Positions 9,527 to 19,260 of a DNA stretch of 64,000 nucleotides are shown in pieces. Below the pieces are notes generated by a model that saw only the letters and a list, made by a program, of their open reading frames with translations, was not told the DNA's origin and did not search any database. Made by a program: the position numbers and the translations under genes. How positions within the stretch are numbered: the stretch's first letter is position 1; each line of letters starts with the position of its first letter. Source of the stretch: a virus; IMG/VR virus record IMGVR_UViG_3300028888_000141, positions 75 to 64,074 of that record. One strand, given 5' to 3'.

Positions 9527-9760
9527 CGTCTACCTCATAATTTAAAATATCATTCGCATTGTCAGTTATTATTGCTTCACATTCAGCTTGTCCTCCTCCA
9601 AGCTCTTTATAAATATGGTGAACTGGTTCGTCATTGCAAATATAAAAGAATCCATCGTGTTGATGAATCCTAATCATAGCAGATCTACATAAAGGACATA
9701 TTGGTGTATGGTATGTTATTACATATTGCATAATATCTCCTAAAAAGAAGAGAGAGGACA

Positions 9761-10099
9761 TTAAGTCCCCTCTACTTCTCGACTGTAGTACTTGGTCGGA
9801 ATTAATTCCCAACCCAATGATTCCATGTACTCATCACGATTATCGATTTGCACTTTGGCTGGTTTCATCAAACCTACGATATAGAATTCCTGCCACTGCA
9901 TAACATGAACTGGGCATCCGTCATTATCCTCTATCCACAAACCACTGACCTGTTCGATCGTTTCCGGATTTGTGGTTATATACCAACGTCTTTCCATATT
10001 CTTAATGCGAGAGTCACAATAATTCATTACGTATTTTGGTTTGATTTTAGCAAACCTTTCCTCATCGTAATCGAGAGTCAACATCTCTTCAAGTGTCAT
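9761..10099 (-). CDS. Cassette-encoded hypothetical protein
   Basis: Promoter motif at 10129-10155, AAGGAGG SD, terminator at about 9745-9775. Confidence 0.7.
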   Translation of the reverse strand: MTLEEMLTLDYDEERFAKIKPKYVMNYCDSRIKNMERRWYITTNPETIEQVSGLWIEDNDGCPVHVMQWQEFYIVGLMKPAKVQIDNRDEYMESLGWELIPTKYYSREVEGT

Positions 10100-10148
10100 A
10101 ATTGCCTCCTTTCAACTGGCACTACCGCCATCAAAGGAGATGAATTAT

Positions 10149-10370
10149 TTACGAGGTTTTGCGGTTAAAGCTAAGTAATATCTTGCTCAGCTTCTCATAA
10201 GATCCCTTAATAAGGCCGGAAGGTGTATCATCGATGAAAGATATCATACAAGTCTCAGGGTTTTCCTTATTTTCAACGATCATTCTTATAGAATTGGTGT
10301 TGATTACAGCCTGGATCTCTTTGGTTTTATCATCCTTACCAGTGGCTACGAAAGTTACGGACATAAACAT
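10149..10370 (-). CDS. Hypothetical protein
   Basis: 73 aa; its stop codon lies inside the promoter motif. Confidence 0.6.
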   Translation of the reverse strand: MFMSVTFVATGKDDKTKEIQAVINTNSIRMIVENKENPETCMISFIDDTPSGLIKGSYEKLSKILLSFNRKTS

Positions 10371-10372
10371 AT

Positions 10373-10576
10373 TTATTTTGCCTCCTTTTTTAACTTAGCA
10401 AGTTTTGTAGCAATGTCGACAAAGCAATCATTGCATACATGGTATGTATCACGGAAGTTTTCTATTTCTTCATGAGTAACATAAGTTTCATATAGTTTCT
10501 TGTGACATTCACAGCAGCAAACGTCCTTCTTGATTAACTGTACAGTCTTCTGATCCTTCTTTTCAAAAAATCCCAT
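10373..10576 (-). CDS. Small Cys-rich protein
   Basis: CCCEC...CNDC. Confidence 0.6.
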   Translation of the reverse strand: MGFFEKKDQKTVQLIKKDVCCCECHKKLYETYVTHEEIENFRDTYHVCNDCFVDIATKLAKLKKEAK

Positions 10577-10579
10577 AAT

Positions 10580-10759
10580 TTAGTCTCCTTTTAACATTTC
10601 TTCAGCGAATTCTTTCTTAATAAGTTCCTGCACCAATTTGGTGACATTTAGATCTTTTTTCTTCATAAGATAATGAAGTCTTATTTCATCTCGTTCGTCG
10701 AGGCGTATTGTGTGTTGTGTATAAAGTTTTCTTGGTTCTATTTTCTTTTTTAAAGGCAT
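10580..10759 (-). CDS. Ribbon-helix-helix-like DNA-binding protein
   Basis: TIRLDERDEIRL..MKKKDLNVTKLVQELI pattern; start moved to MPLKKK after GGGAG. Confidence 0.55.
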   Translation of the reverse strand: MPLKKKIEPRKLYTQHTIRLDERDEIRLHYLMKKKDLNVTKLVQELIKKEFAEEMLKGD

Positions 10760-10760
10760 A

Positions 10761-11261
10761 TCATTTGAACTCCCTTTTGCTGAAATAATGTCCGCCATAC
10801 TGAAACAGTGGAATCGGACCATTATAACCATCAGCACAAAAATATAAAGCCCCTTCTGATTCATCCCAACCATACATAATCCACGTTAGAGCAATTCTGC
10901 ATTCGTCGTCCGGAGGTACCGAGCTTCTTAGTGCAAATTGTCCAGGTTTGATAATATCACAAAGGGCTTCTCCATAATGACCAGATATCCATCGATTAAT
11001 GGCCACACGCATAACTAGAGCCTTTCCTTTTATTCCTTCTCCTCTAGCTTCTGCCATGGCCATATTCATCAACTGTTCAATATCATGGTCTGAGAATATA
11101 AATACCGGTTGTACATAATCAGGATCACGGATTATTACTCCACGATCTGTATATACAACCGGCTCATCAATCCATTTGAAACCGCAAAGGACGTTAATCG
11201 AGAAAATCGTCAAGATCAAGATCGTCAGAATCCTCATCATCTTCGTCGTCTTCTTCTTCAC
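10761..11261 (-). CDS. SleB/CwlJ-like cell wall hydrolase (Hydrolase_2) with signal peptide
   Basis: AEARGE..KALVMRVAINR, PGQF, GALYF and GGHYF; N-terminal basic then hydrophobic segment. Confidence 0.8.
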   Translation of the reverse strand: MKKKTTKMMRILTILILTIFSINVLCGFKWIDEPVVYTDRGVIIRDPDYVQPVFIFSDHDIEQLMNMAMAEARGEGIKGKALVMRVAINRWISGHYGEALCDIIKPGQFALRSSVPPDDECRIALTWIMYGWDESEGALYFCADGYNGPIPLFQYGGHYFSKREFK

Positions 11262-11511
11262 TTGTATTCTCCTTGTTATCCGGCTTTAGAATATCAAGAC
11301 ATTCTTTAAGGCACTTATTTATGTCAGGAAGAACATCAAGAAAACAACGAAGACCAAAAGCTTCAAGCTTTTTAAGAGTTTTAGCAGTCTTGCTTTTTCT
11401 GTGCATTATTACTGCATTAGCGATGACTCTCTGAATGCCGATAACGATAAGAACCAGAACAAGAATATCAAGAAGTACCCAAAGCATTTCGTGTGCATAA
11501 ACAACCATCAT
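11194..11511 (-). CDS. Membrane protein with an acidic tail
   Basis: N-terminal TM segment; tail EEEDDEDDEDSDDLDLDDFLD; AAGGAG SD. Confidence 0.65.
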   Translation of the reverse strand: MMVVYAHEMLWVLLDILVLVLIVIGIQRVIANAVIMHRKSKTAKTLKKLEAFGLRCFLDVLPDINKCLKECLDILKPDNKENTSEEEDDEDDEDSDDLDLDDFLD

Positions 11512-11585
11512 AATTTTGTCTCCTTTTCTTTTTAAATATAAAAGGGGCCAGCATGAAGCCAGCCCCAATGGGTTTAGAATATCAA

Positions 11586-12134
11586 TTACTCGGCGTCATC
11601 AAACTCGTAATCGCTTACGAATCTGCTGCGGGCAAGAGTGAAATATCCTTCATTACACCAAGCCTTAACCATATCACGGTTCTTGGTAGAGTTCCAGTAA
11701 GGCTTACCGTTGTTAATTACGATATCTGCCTTGTTGATATCGGCAAGATCGATCTCGCATATGGAATCCTCATTCATGAGCAGCTTAGCTCTGTCAGTAA
11801 CCATGTAAAGCTTAGGCTTAACAGCAGAATTATAAGATACGGCTACCTGGAGTCTGTACTCGGGTGAATCACCTTCCTCACGAGGAGGTCTTACAGTTAC
11901 GTTGTAGCCGATCTCAGCAAGTTCCAGACCAAAGTCAGGATTAGTGACCTTTTCACCGTTCCACCAAATATCACTCTTCTCGGGATCAAGAATGACAGTG
12001 AAGTTACGATTACCCTGGTCATTTACAACCCTCTTTGATCCGTTAACGATAGCAGTCTTCTCCTGACCACTGAAGTTCTTGTAGCGAATCTGTGCGTTTG
12101 CGATTTCAAGAATGTTACGTCCGTTAAGTGCCAT
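11586..12134 (-). CDS. Putative single-stranded DNA-binding protein
   Basis: Next to the polymerase; IRYKNFSG..N..GNRNF pattern, acidic/aromatic tail DYEFDDAE; start at MALNGR after AAGGAG; terminator at 11520-11575. Confidence 0.65.
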   Translation of the reverse strand: MALNGRNILEIANAQIRYKNFSGQEKTAIVNGSKRVVNDQGNRNFTVILDPEKSDIWWNGEKVTNPDFGLELAEIGYNVTVRPPREEGDSPEYRLQVAVSYNSAVKPKLYMVTDRAKLLMNEDSICEIDLADINKADIVINNGKPYWNSTKNRDMVKAWCNEGYFTLARSRFVSDYEFDDAE

Positions 12135-12150
12135 AGTTTTGTTCTCCTTT

Positions 12151-15100
12151 TTATTTAAATGGTAACTCAAGAGGGACCTCCTTATTGGTAAGTCCCTCAT
12201 AGGTATAAGGTTTTGAGAGATCCAAGAATGCCTGACAATCACCATACACAATGATTGCATTCATAGCTTCATGAACCATGTTCTCATAGTAAGAAATATC
12301 AATATCATCTTCCTTACCAAGTGTTCTAACCATCTCTGACTCAAGCCAGTGATAGCCTTTTGTTCCTGCTAAAGCATAGTACTTGTCATTGTCAATGCGA
12401 TAAAGAATGCCCCCATTTTTTACGGGACAGAACTGGCCAACTCTTCCGACGAAATGCAAGTCCGTTCCGTCTTCATAGTCAATATAAATCGCGCCTTTAG
12501 ATACAGCTTTTGTTTCACATAAGTCATCGAAAGTAATTTCTTCGTGGGAAAAGAGTGTTTTAAACACATAAGGCTGCTGGAACTGAGCGCCAGTTGCCTT
12601 CCATCCCTCTTCCGTATGACCAATAAATACTGCGTCATTAACAAGGCATATACGATCCCATTCATCTTCCAACTCAAACGAATATCCATAGCATTCTCCA
12701 AATCTCATTACGAATTTCTCTATAAATTCATCTGGATTAGCTATCTTAATCGAGTCGGTCTTGATGTGAATGACCTTATAACCAAGTGACTCCACGGCAA
12801 GCTGAAGATCAATCATTGTCAAAGCACCACGCTTAGCGACAATATTGTCAATATTACGAGGATCTCTGAAAGGATTCTCGAACTTTGCACTTGTCAATCC
12901 ATATACTGAATTGATTGCTGTCTTCAGTGCGTTTGCCAAGTTCTTTGCCTGCTTAGGATCGGTTAAATATTTTGCAAGTTTTCCACCAAACAACTTACTT
13001 GCTTTGTCGAAGTCTTTGTGCTTGATGTGGACTCTCGTCTGGACAAGTTCTCTGAACGTATCTGTATACTCTTCACCGAATAGCTCCTCGGCTAATATAC
13101 TATGTGGATGCATACTTGCCACATCGAATGTCTTAGCATGACCATATGTGCCGGGGTTTGCATAGACTCTACCACCTTCACCGACTTCATACCCACGATA
13201 GGTGCTTACACCATTTTCGAAAGAATATCCATCGAACCATACCTGGCCCTCAGGTTTCTTATCGGTTTTTCCTGTGGCGTAGTCCATGACATCGGACCAA
13301 GTGAATGCTGGTCCTTCAGGTTTTTCACCAAGGAATCGATAGTTGAACTGGGACTGGGGCTTACGTTCATGTCCAAATATCAATCGAGTTGTAAGTGTAT
13401 TAGTAGTGTCATTTACTGTTCCACCGGCAAGATCTGCTAAGATCTCTCTTGCTAAGAAGTCTTCCTGTGTAGCATCCCATACTGCTTCTGTAGACATGAC
13501 GTCGTTATCACAATACTCTGATACCTCGATCCATTTTTCTTCAGGAACAGGCTGATCCCAAGGAAGTCCAAGCTCCATATGCTTAATACCAAGCTTGATC
13601 TCCCATTTCTTAAGGGACATCTTATTCGCTGCTGACATGTAATCATAAATATCAGTGTAGCTGACATTGTATGCGTCTTTAAGGAACGCATCCTTATCTC
13701 CTGCTACAATTCTCTGTGACAAACGATACAACTGCTCTTCCGAATATCCCATCATTCGAGCATAAAGCATGTGGTTGTCATATCGCCTACAGTTGAAGCC
13801 TATGAGCTTGTGATGCATAAGCTGTTCGACTTCTGATGGAGCTGGATTAATCATTCTTATGATTGGCTCACCTTTACCTTGTCGCTTCCAATTTATTAGG
13901 AAGAGATTAGGAAAGACTTCACAGTCAAAGAATATCAATGTGTCATCCAAAGGTTCTGGAGCCGGTTCATCCAGCATATCGTCGTCCAAGACTTCTTTTG
14001 ATTTAAATTTCATTTTTCCGACAACCTTGACACATTCGTCTGCATGATGTGTGCTATTTGCTGCGAAACCTAATATAGCCGTTCGCATATCTGACACATC
14101 GTATCTGACTCCTGACTCATAGGCGTCTTCCAATATTTTGTAGATGAAGTCTATACTAGGCTTAGTCGCCGGATGAATATCTTTCACCAGGTTCTTTTTG
14201 ATCAACGTTCGTATAGACTTTTCGTTAGCTAAGCCTGTAAAGTTAGTCACATCTTTGTCTCCTTTCAGTGGCAAACCCGAGCTTATTTTAGCTATAGGAA
14301 GATTGTTACATTTACTTAACTGTCTTCTCAGACTGCTATTTCCGTTAAACACTTTTATTTCGATATGTTCTTCATAAATACTTGCTAACTTTGTAGGATC
14401 ACCAGTATAAATATAATGCAGATGTATGCCTTGACCAGATTTAGACAACTCTGCATATGTGGGTGGCCATTTAGCAGCCGCTTCGAGATTCAGAGCAAGA
14501 GACTTGTTACCATTCTTGTCCGGAATATCAAAGTCTATAACTATATGATCTGTCGGGACTTTTACATAATGCAATTTGGAAGTCTTTAACTCACCAAGTA
14601 AGGTTGTATTATTCTGCCATTTTTTGCTAGGAATTCCTTCAGCTGTCGCATACTGAGCAGGGTAATCCTTTGCTATTAGATCAAACACAGAATCATACTC
14701 ACCAAATCGAAGCCAAGATTCATCGTCTTTTTTTGTTTTCACTTGTGGTTTGTCGAAATTGAATTTGAAACCAGTGTAGCAATTGTATGGGCGTTCTCCG
14801 TTATCCAGTTGCAAACGTTCATGGAACTCCTCAAAGTAGTTCTTGAGTTCGTTCTTAAATACACGCATGCTCATAGGATAATTAACACGAGCCTCTTCAC
14901 AATATTCCTTGTAAAGAGTCCATGCCTGTTTGAGAGTCACATACTCCTGCTTTGCGAAAATATCAGCTGAATCTTCGATGTAGTTGTAGAAATCGTTAGA
15001 TTCGCCCATCATATTAATAGGAACATACCCTTCATAATAATCTGGATCTGCTAAATATACTTCGCGACAATGATTCGCGATTCCACCAAGCTCAAACTGT

Positions 15101-16056
15101 ACACCTCCAACGAGTTTCTTGTACTCCTTTATTGGTATTTTGTTACCACTTGGGTACACATCGATAAGTCGTCTCATTAAGCCCGACTTAGCATCCGTTA
15201 TCTTTACTGGATTGTTTGTTCCCATGAATATAAAACACTTGAACTTGTCAGTATACAATTTACCGTACTTTGTGTTGACTGGCATTTCTTCATGCGAAAC
15301 TAAAGCATTCAATCTGGTATTGTCTTCTATTCTTGAAAGATTACCATCAAAGTCTATCGCGACAAGAGGATTGTTCTTAAACGATTCCAAAGCGAATGAT
15401 GCATTGGCAGAGCCCAAGGCTTTAGCCTCGAAAGAACAACAATATCCATCAAACAGACTGGCTATTATTTCGAGAATTGTACCTTTACCACTACCTGCTG
15501 AACCATACAGAACTTCAAACTTCTGTATCTTCTTCGCTTCGCCGGTTATGATCGCACCTATTGCCCACTCAAGCTTGTGGAGCTCTTCTGCAGAATATAA
15601 AGTTGTTGATAACGTTGTGTAATTTGGAGTCTCTTCAGGTACTAAAGAATATGGAAGCTTCTTACTTGCGTAGTCCGATCGTTTTGTAGCAACGTCCGCA
15701 AATATAATTTTTTCGTCTAAAGAATGAAAGTGATCACGCATCTGCTTTTGACAATACTTATGAAACCTGTCTATGGTTCCCGTATCTGCGTCCCACATAT
15801 ACATGATCTTTACATTCTCGCCACGACCTTCGAATTCTTTAGCATGTTGCTGATAGAAAATATCAAGTTCTTTGTCAATTAACTTTCGAGCAACATCTTC
15901 GTCAGTAGACCACAAACCAAGTTCTTCGTTCCAAATTGCATAGAAATCCCCTCCTCTAATCATCAGATCTTTAGAGGAACCTATTATAAACTTCGGGTAT
16001 ATTTCGACAGTCCCGCGTTTGGGAGAACGCATGGCAACCATCATAAAATCTAACAT
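12151..16056 (-). CDS. SF3 helicase + AEP primase + 3'-5' exonuclease + family B DNA polymerase fusion
   Basis: GSAGSGKGT Walker A and FMGTN; VIDFD..SKSGQGIHLHY; FDCE, GFNCRRYD, YCDND; FDVASMHP, KTAINSVYG, HIKTDS. Confidence 0.85.
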   Translation of the reverse strand: MLDFMMVAMRSPKRGTVEIYPKFIIGSSKDLMIRGGDFYAIWNEELGLWSTDEDVARKLIDKELDIFYQQHAKEFEGRGENVKIMYMWDADTGTIDRFHKYCQKQMRDHFHSLDEKIIFADVATKRSDYASKKLPYSLVPEETPNYTTLSTTLYSAEELHKLEWAIGAIITGEAKKIQKFEVLYGSAGSGKGTILEIIASLFDGYCCSFEAKALGSANASFALESFKNNPLVAIDFDGNLSRIEDNTRLNALVSHEEMPVNTKYGKLYTDKFKCFIFMGTNNPVKITDAKSGLMRRLIDVYPSGNKIPIKEYKKLVGGVQFELGGIANHCREVYLADPDYYEGYVPINMMGESNDFYNYIEDSADIFAKQEYVTLKQAWTLYKEYCEEARVNYPMSMRVFKNELKNYFEEFHERLQLDNGERPYNCYTGFKFNFDKPQVKTKKDDESWLRFGEYDSVFDLIAKDYPAQYATAEGIPSKKWQNNTTLLGELKTSKLHYVKVPTDHIVIDFDIPDKNGNKSLALNLEAAAKWPPTYAELSKSGQGIHLHYIYTGDPTKLASIYEEHIEIKVFNGNSSLRRQLSKCNNLPIAKISSGLPLKGDKDVTNFTGLANEKSIRTLIKKNLVKDIHPATKPSIDFIYKILEDAYESGVRYDVSDMRTAILGFAANSTHHADECVKVVGKMKFKSKEVLDDDMLDEPAPEPLDDTLIFFDCEVFPNLFLINWKRQGKGEPIIRMINPAPSEVEQLMHHKLIGFNCRRYDNHMLYARMMGYSEEQLYRLSQRIVAGDKDAFLKDAYNVSYTDIYDYMSAANKMSLKKWEIKLGIKHMELGLPWDQPVPEEKWIEVSEYCDNDVMSTEAVWDATQEDFLAREILADLAGGTVNDTTNTLTTRLIFGHERKPQSQFNYRFLGEKPEGPAFTWSDVMDYATGKTDKKPEGQVWFDGYSFENGVSTYRGYEVGEGGRVYANPGTYGHAKTFDVASMHPHSILAEELFGEEYTDTFRELVQTRVHIKHKDFDKASKLFGGKLAKYLTDPKQAKNLANALKTAINSVYGLTSAKFENPFRDPRNIDNIVAKRGALTMIDLQLAVESLGYKVIHIKTDSIKIANPDEFIEKFVMRFGECYGYSFELEDEWDRICLVNDAVFIGHTEEGWKATGAQFQQPYVFKTLFSHEEITFDDLCETKAVSKGAIYIDYEDGTDLHFVGRVGQFCPVKNGGILYRIDNDKYYALAGTKGYHWLESEMVRTLGKEDDIDISYYENMVHEAMNAIIVYGDCQAFLDLSKPYTYEGLTNKEVPLELPFK

Positions 16057-16071
16057 TAATACACCTCCGGT

Positions 16072-16626
16072 TTATAAATATCCATCCATTTCTCCGAGAT
16101 ACCAATTTGCTTGCATCCATATCTCTACATTTCTTAGATCATCGAATGGCCGTTCTAAAACAAATAGACCGCCTTCTGATCCGTCAGGTTCATACTCACG
16201 GTCAAGAAAACGGTCAACGCACCATTCTGCTGTTGAAATATCAAAGTTATTATCGTCGAGTCGACTTAATCCTAGATTAGTAATCATTGTCCAGAACCAT
16301 TGACCTGTTCGATCACCAGAATCATAATCGGTCATGATCTGGTTCTCTAATCGTAACGACAATGCTATAAGCATTTCTAGTACTGAGCATGGCTCTTGTA
16401 AAATATCATTACTGCAACCATACTTGTACCTTAGATCAATGCCGTCTAAAGCACGATTACGATCCATAGGAATGTACTCGGACCAATAGAAATCCCTAGA
16501 ATATAAATACTCAAATAATCGACGATAACCTATTTCATTGTATCGATCTTCATAAACCAAGTTACAGATGGATTTAAAATATTTAGTGGATCTGGACAAG
16601 TTCATCGTCATCACCAAACCTTTCAT
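16072..16626 (-). CDS. Conserved phage hypothetical protein
   Basis: DRNRALDGIDLR, PCSVLEMLIALS, GGLF, EIWMQANWYL; true start probably downstream of the listed one. Confidence 0.65.
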   Translation of the reverse strand: MKGLVMTMNLSRSTKYFKSICNLVYEDRYNEIGYRRLFEYLYSRDFYWSEYIPMDRNRALDGIDLRYKYGCSNDILQEPCSVLEMLIALSLRLENQIMTDYDSGDRTGQWFWTMITNLGLSRLDDNNFDISTAEWCVDRFLDREYEPDGSEGGLFVLERPFDDLRNVEIWMQANWYLGEMDGYL

Positions 16627-17173
16627 CGATCACGGTGATGTCATAAATTGCCTCTCTCTCTTCATTCAGAATATAAATACTTTCTCCATCTGACTTTCTT
16701 ATGTCATCGATACCGTTCATACCGATCCAATCAGCGTAGTCCTCGATGATGTTTTCAGTTTCGTCATCAATAAGGACGTCGTCAGAATATAAAGTAAGAC
16801 CTACAATTTCGTAGTCCTTACTATAATGCTGTGCTTCGGATTCGGTTATGATCTTAATGGGAACATTTCCGGCCTTAGCTGCCTGCTTCTTGGGTTTGCT
16901 TATTGAATTGTAATCGGTAGGACCAACAGGGGTTTCTTCATCCTGCTTAACCTTCTCTTCAAGCTCATGCATCATTTCCTGCTTTTTTGCATTCATTTCA
17001 TCAAGAGCTTTTCTTGAAGCTTCGATCTTTTCGACGCGCTCGTCATACATGGTTCTGAGCTCATCGATCTGGTCATTCATTTTCTGCTCATACTGCTTCT
17101 TCGCTACCATGTAGGAAGACACTGCTCCTACAGCAATGCCTCCTACGAATGCGAGAATATCAATAGCCTTCAT
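16583..17173 (-). CDS. N-terminally anchored coiled-coil protein
   Basis: 196 aa; TM segment then coiled coil; AAGGAG SD. Confidence 0.7.
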   Translation of the reverse strand: MKAIDILAFVGGIAVGAVSSYMVAKKQYEQKMNDQIDELRTMYDERVEKIEASRKALDEMNAKKQEMMHELEEKVKQDEETPVGPTDYNSISKPKKQAAKAGNVPIKIITESEAQHYSKDYEIVGLTLYSDDVLIDDETENIIEDYADWIGMNGIDDIRKSDGESIYILNEEREAIYDITVIDERFGDDDELVQIH

Positions 17174-17183
17174 ATTCGTCTCC

Positions 17184-18125
17184 TTATTTAATGAAGTCTC
17201 TTACGATTGATCCGCTGATGTTAGGACTAAGAATCGTAACATCCTTGAGAAAACCGGTTTCGGGATCTTTGATCATTACGTCTTTTGATCTAATGATTAT
17301 TGCTCCATCATCAGACTCCTTATCCCAGCCGACGATCTGACCAAGAGGGATTAACGCCTCATCACGATTCTTAAAGTACTTACGTACATCATTGAGACTT
17401 ACAAAGCTTACAAGACCTTTTTCGAAGAGCATCTTGTTGTACATATTCTGGACTTCCTGAATGTGATACGCTCTAAGCTCTTCAGACTGGTCATAACCAG
17501 GGTCACCAAACTCCCAAATAATATCATAAGGACAATCGAGATTATTTGGATTAACCACTTCAACCTTTTCAGTGATCTTTTTAGTTTTTCCATTTTCATC
17601 AGTGATTTCCTTTGTTATCTTTTCACTTGTGGTTCCCAGACGAATCTGCTCTTCTTTCTCTTCGCCAACCGCATCGATAACCTTGTTACGATATCTGTTG
17701 AAGGCATCTGTAGAAGCTGCAAGAGCTGTAGAGAGCATCTTATTACGATCAGTCATAACACGATGAGCACCAAAGAAGCACAAGAGCGATGTCGCCTCCA
17801 TAAGTACAGGCATAGCAAACGTTCTTGCAAGATTCTTACCGGTACGAACATAAAGTTCAGCAAGATCTTTCTTATAGTCTTTCTCACTATAGTCGTCATC
17901 GTTGTTCTGAAGAGCAAGCTCGTGAGCCTCATTTATTGCTTCGGCTTCTGCTTTATGCTCTTCGAGATACTCCATTGCCTTAGGAGTCTGCTTAACAGCC
18001 TCAAATACTGCTGCTACAGAAGTTATAGTACCAACTACCATCATGATCTGAGGTGAGTACTTTTTGACTGTGGTGACCGCCTTACCTGCCATCGCAATCG
18101 CTTTACTTGGGATTGTGAAATTCAT
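17184..18125 (-). CDS. Membrane-anchored paralog family member 1 (DUF6353-like)
   Basis: P-x-I-TM-AVKQTPKAMEYL N-terminus shared with 19261 and 20194. Confidence 0.65.
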   Translation of the reverse strand: MNFTIPSKAIAMAGKAVTTVKKYSPQIMMVVGTITSVAAVFEAVKQTPKAMEYLEEHKAEAEAINEAHELALQNNDDDYSEKDYKKDLAELYVRTGKNLARTFAMPVLMEATSLLCFFGAHRVMTDRNKMLSTALAASTDAFNRYRNKVIDAVGEEKEEQIRLGTTSEKITKEITDENGKTKKITEKVEVVNPNNLDCPYDIIWEFGDPGYDQSEELRAYHIQEVQNMYNKMLFEKGLVSFVSLNDVRKYFKNRDEALIPLGQIVGWDKESDDGAIIIRSKDVMIKDPETGFLKDVTILSPNISGSIVRDFIK

Positions 18126-18136
18126 TGTTTCTCCTT

Positions 18137-18799
18137 TCAATCCATTATTTGTAATGCTTTAGGTAATATCAATATCGCGCCGCCTCTAACAGGTTTGCAA
18201 CCTGCGCGATCAAGATTAACCCAACCAAAGTTACAATCGGTGTGCTCAGGTGTGATTCCGCAATATGAGAACATATCAGAAAGACGAGCAACACCATATT
18301 CTCTGAGATCATCCTCAAGCTGAGCAATGACCTTCTGAGCCTTAACAACACCACTTATAGATCTTCCATCCCTATCTACACTATCGGGAAGAAAAATATC
18401 ATCATAAGATGATGCTTCAATAACTGGTCTGTCGTAATCTCTTGATGAAAATCGAGAACCTCTATTATAATCGGTTCTGGTTGCCTGAGTGCGTGGTCCT
18501 GGATTGTTGCTGAATCGTCCCATTGATCTACGAGAATATCCACCAACACCGGAACGCCAGTAATCGAAGATTCCCATAATAATGTCAAACACACCGTCTC
18601 TAATTCCAGGAACGATCATTTCACTGAGAATATAAGATCCGGCATTATCAACATCCTTAGGTATAAAACTGTCACGAACCATCTTGAAGAATGTTGGTTT
18701 GTGTACAGCATTCACACCCTCAATCTTCTCAACTTTTCTTTCAGACATAGGTCTCTGATTAGCAAGAGCCTTTTCTGAATTATTGGGTAAGCTTTCCAT
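18137..18799 (-). CDS. Conserved phage hypothetical protein
   Basis: 220 aa; PNNS start, YGVARLSDMF..TDCNFGWVNL..GG..LILPKA. Confidence 0.7.
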   Translation of the reverse strand: MESLPNNSEKALANQRPMSERKVEKIEGVNAVHKPTFFKMVRDSFIPKDVDNAGSYILSEMIVPGIRDGVFDIIMGIFDYWRSGVGGYSRRSMGRFSNNPGPRTQATRTDYNRGSRFSSRDYDRPVIEASSYDDIFLPDSVDRDGRSISGVVKAQKVIAQLEDDLREYGVARLSDMFSYCGITPEHTDCNFGWVNLDRAGCKPVRGGAILILPKALQIMD

Positions 18800-18822
18800 A
18801 ATACTCCTTTCAAAGAAAAATT

Positions 18823-18853
18823 TGAGAGACTGATAATAAATATCAATCTCTCA
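18823..18853 (-). terminator. Intrinsic terminator of the GACTGATA..TATCAATC family
   Basis: tgagagactgataataaatatcaatctctca; G-U pair only on the minus strand. Confidence 0.7.
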
Positions 18854-18870
18854 TGGAGGCAGCTCAACGA

Positions 18871-19191
18871 TTAGTTGTTGTTATCATTTGTTGCATCTAC
18901 TACTTCTGACTCTACGTACTCATCGGAGCAATCACTCATGTCGATGAGATCAGTACCGGACTGCTTAGATCCGATCTTGCTTCCTACGAAGATACCGAGT
19001 CCTATCAGCGCAGCGTTCTTAACGACCTTTACACTGGTCTTAAGAACCTTTGCTGCTGTAGGATGGTTCTCCTTGAAAGCTTCAGCCTTCTCTACTGCCT
19101 TGTCCTTCATTGACTTCTTCTCCTCTCCATAGTGCATTTCTGCTCCTTCGGGTGTTACAGTTGCCTTGTTAGTATTCTTGTTATCGCTCAT
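18871..19191 (-). CDS. Cassette-encoded single-TM protein
   Basis: Promoter motif at 19231-19257, AGGAGG SD, TM segment ALIGLGIFVG. Confidence 0.75.
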   Translation of the reverse strand: MSDNKNTNKATVTPEGAEMHYGEEKKSMKDKAVEKAEAFKENHPTAAKVLKTSVKVVKNAALIGLGIFVGSKIGSKQSGTDLIDMSDCSDEYVESEVVDATNDNNN

Positions 19192-19260
19192 GTTAATTTC
19201 CTCCTATTTGTTGTGAGCTGTTTTGCCTACCATTAAATGATATGAAATTTTTGCGAACTT

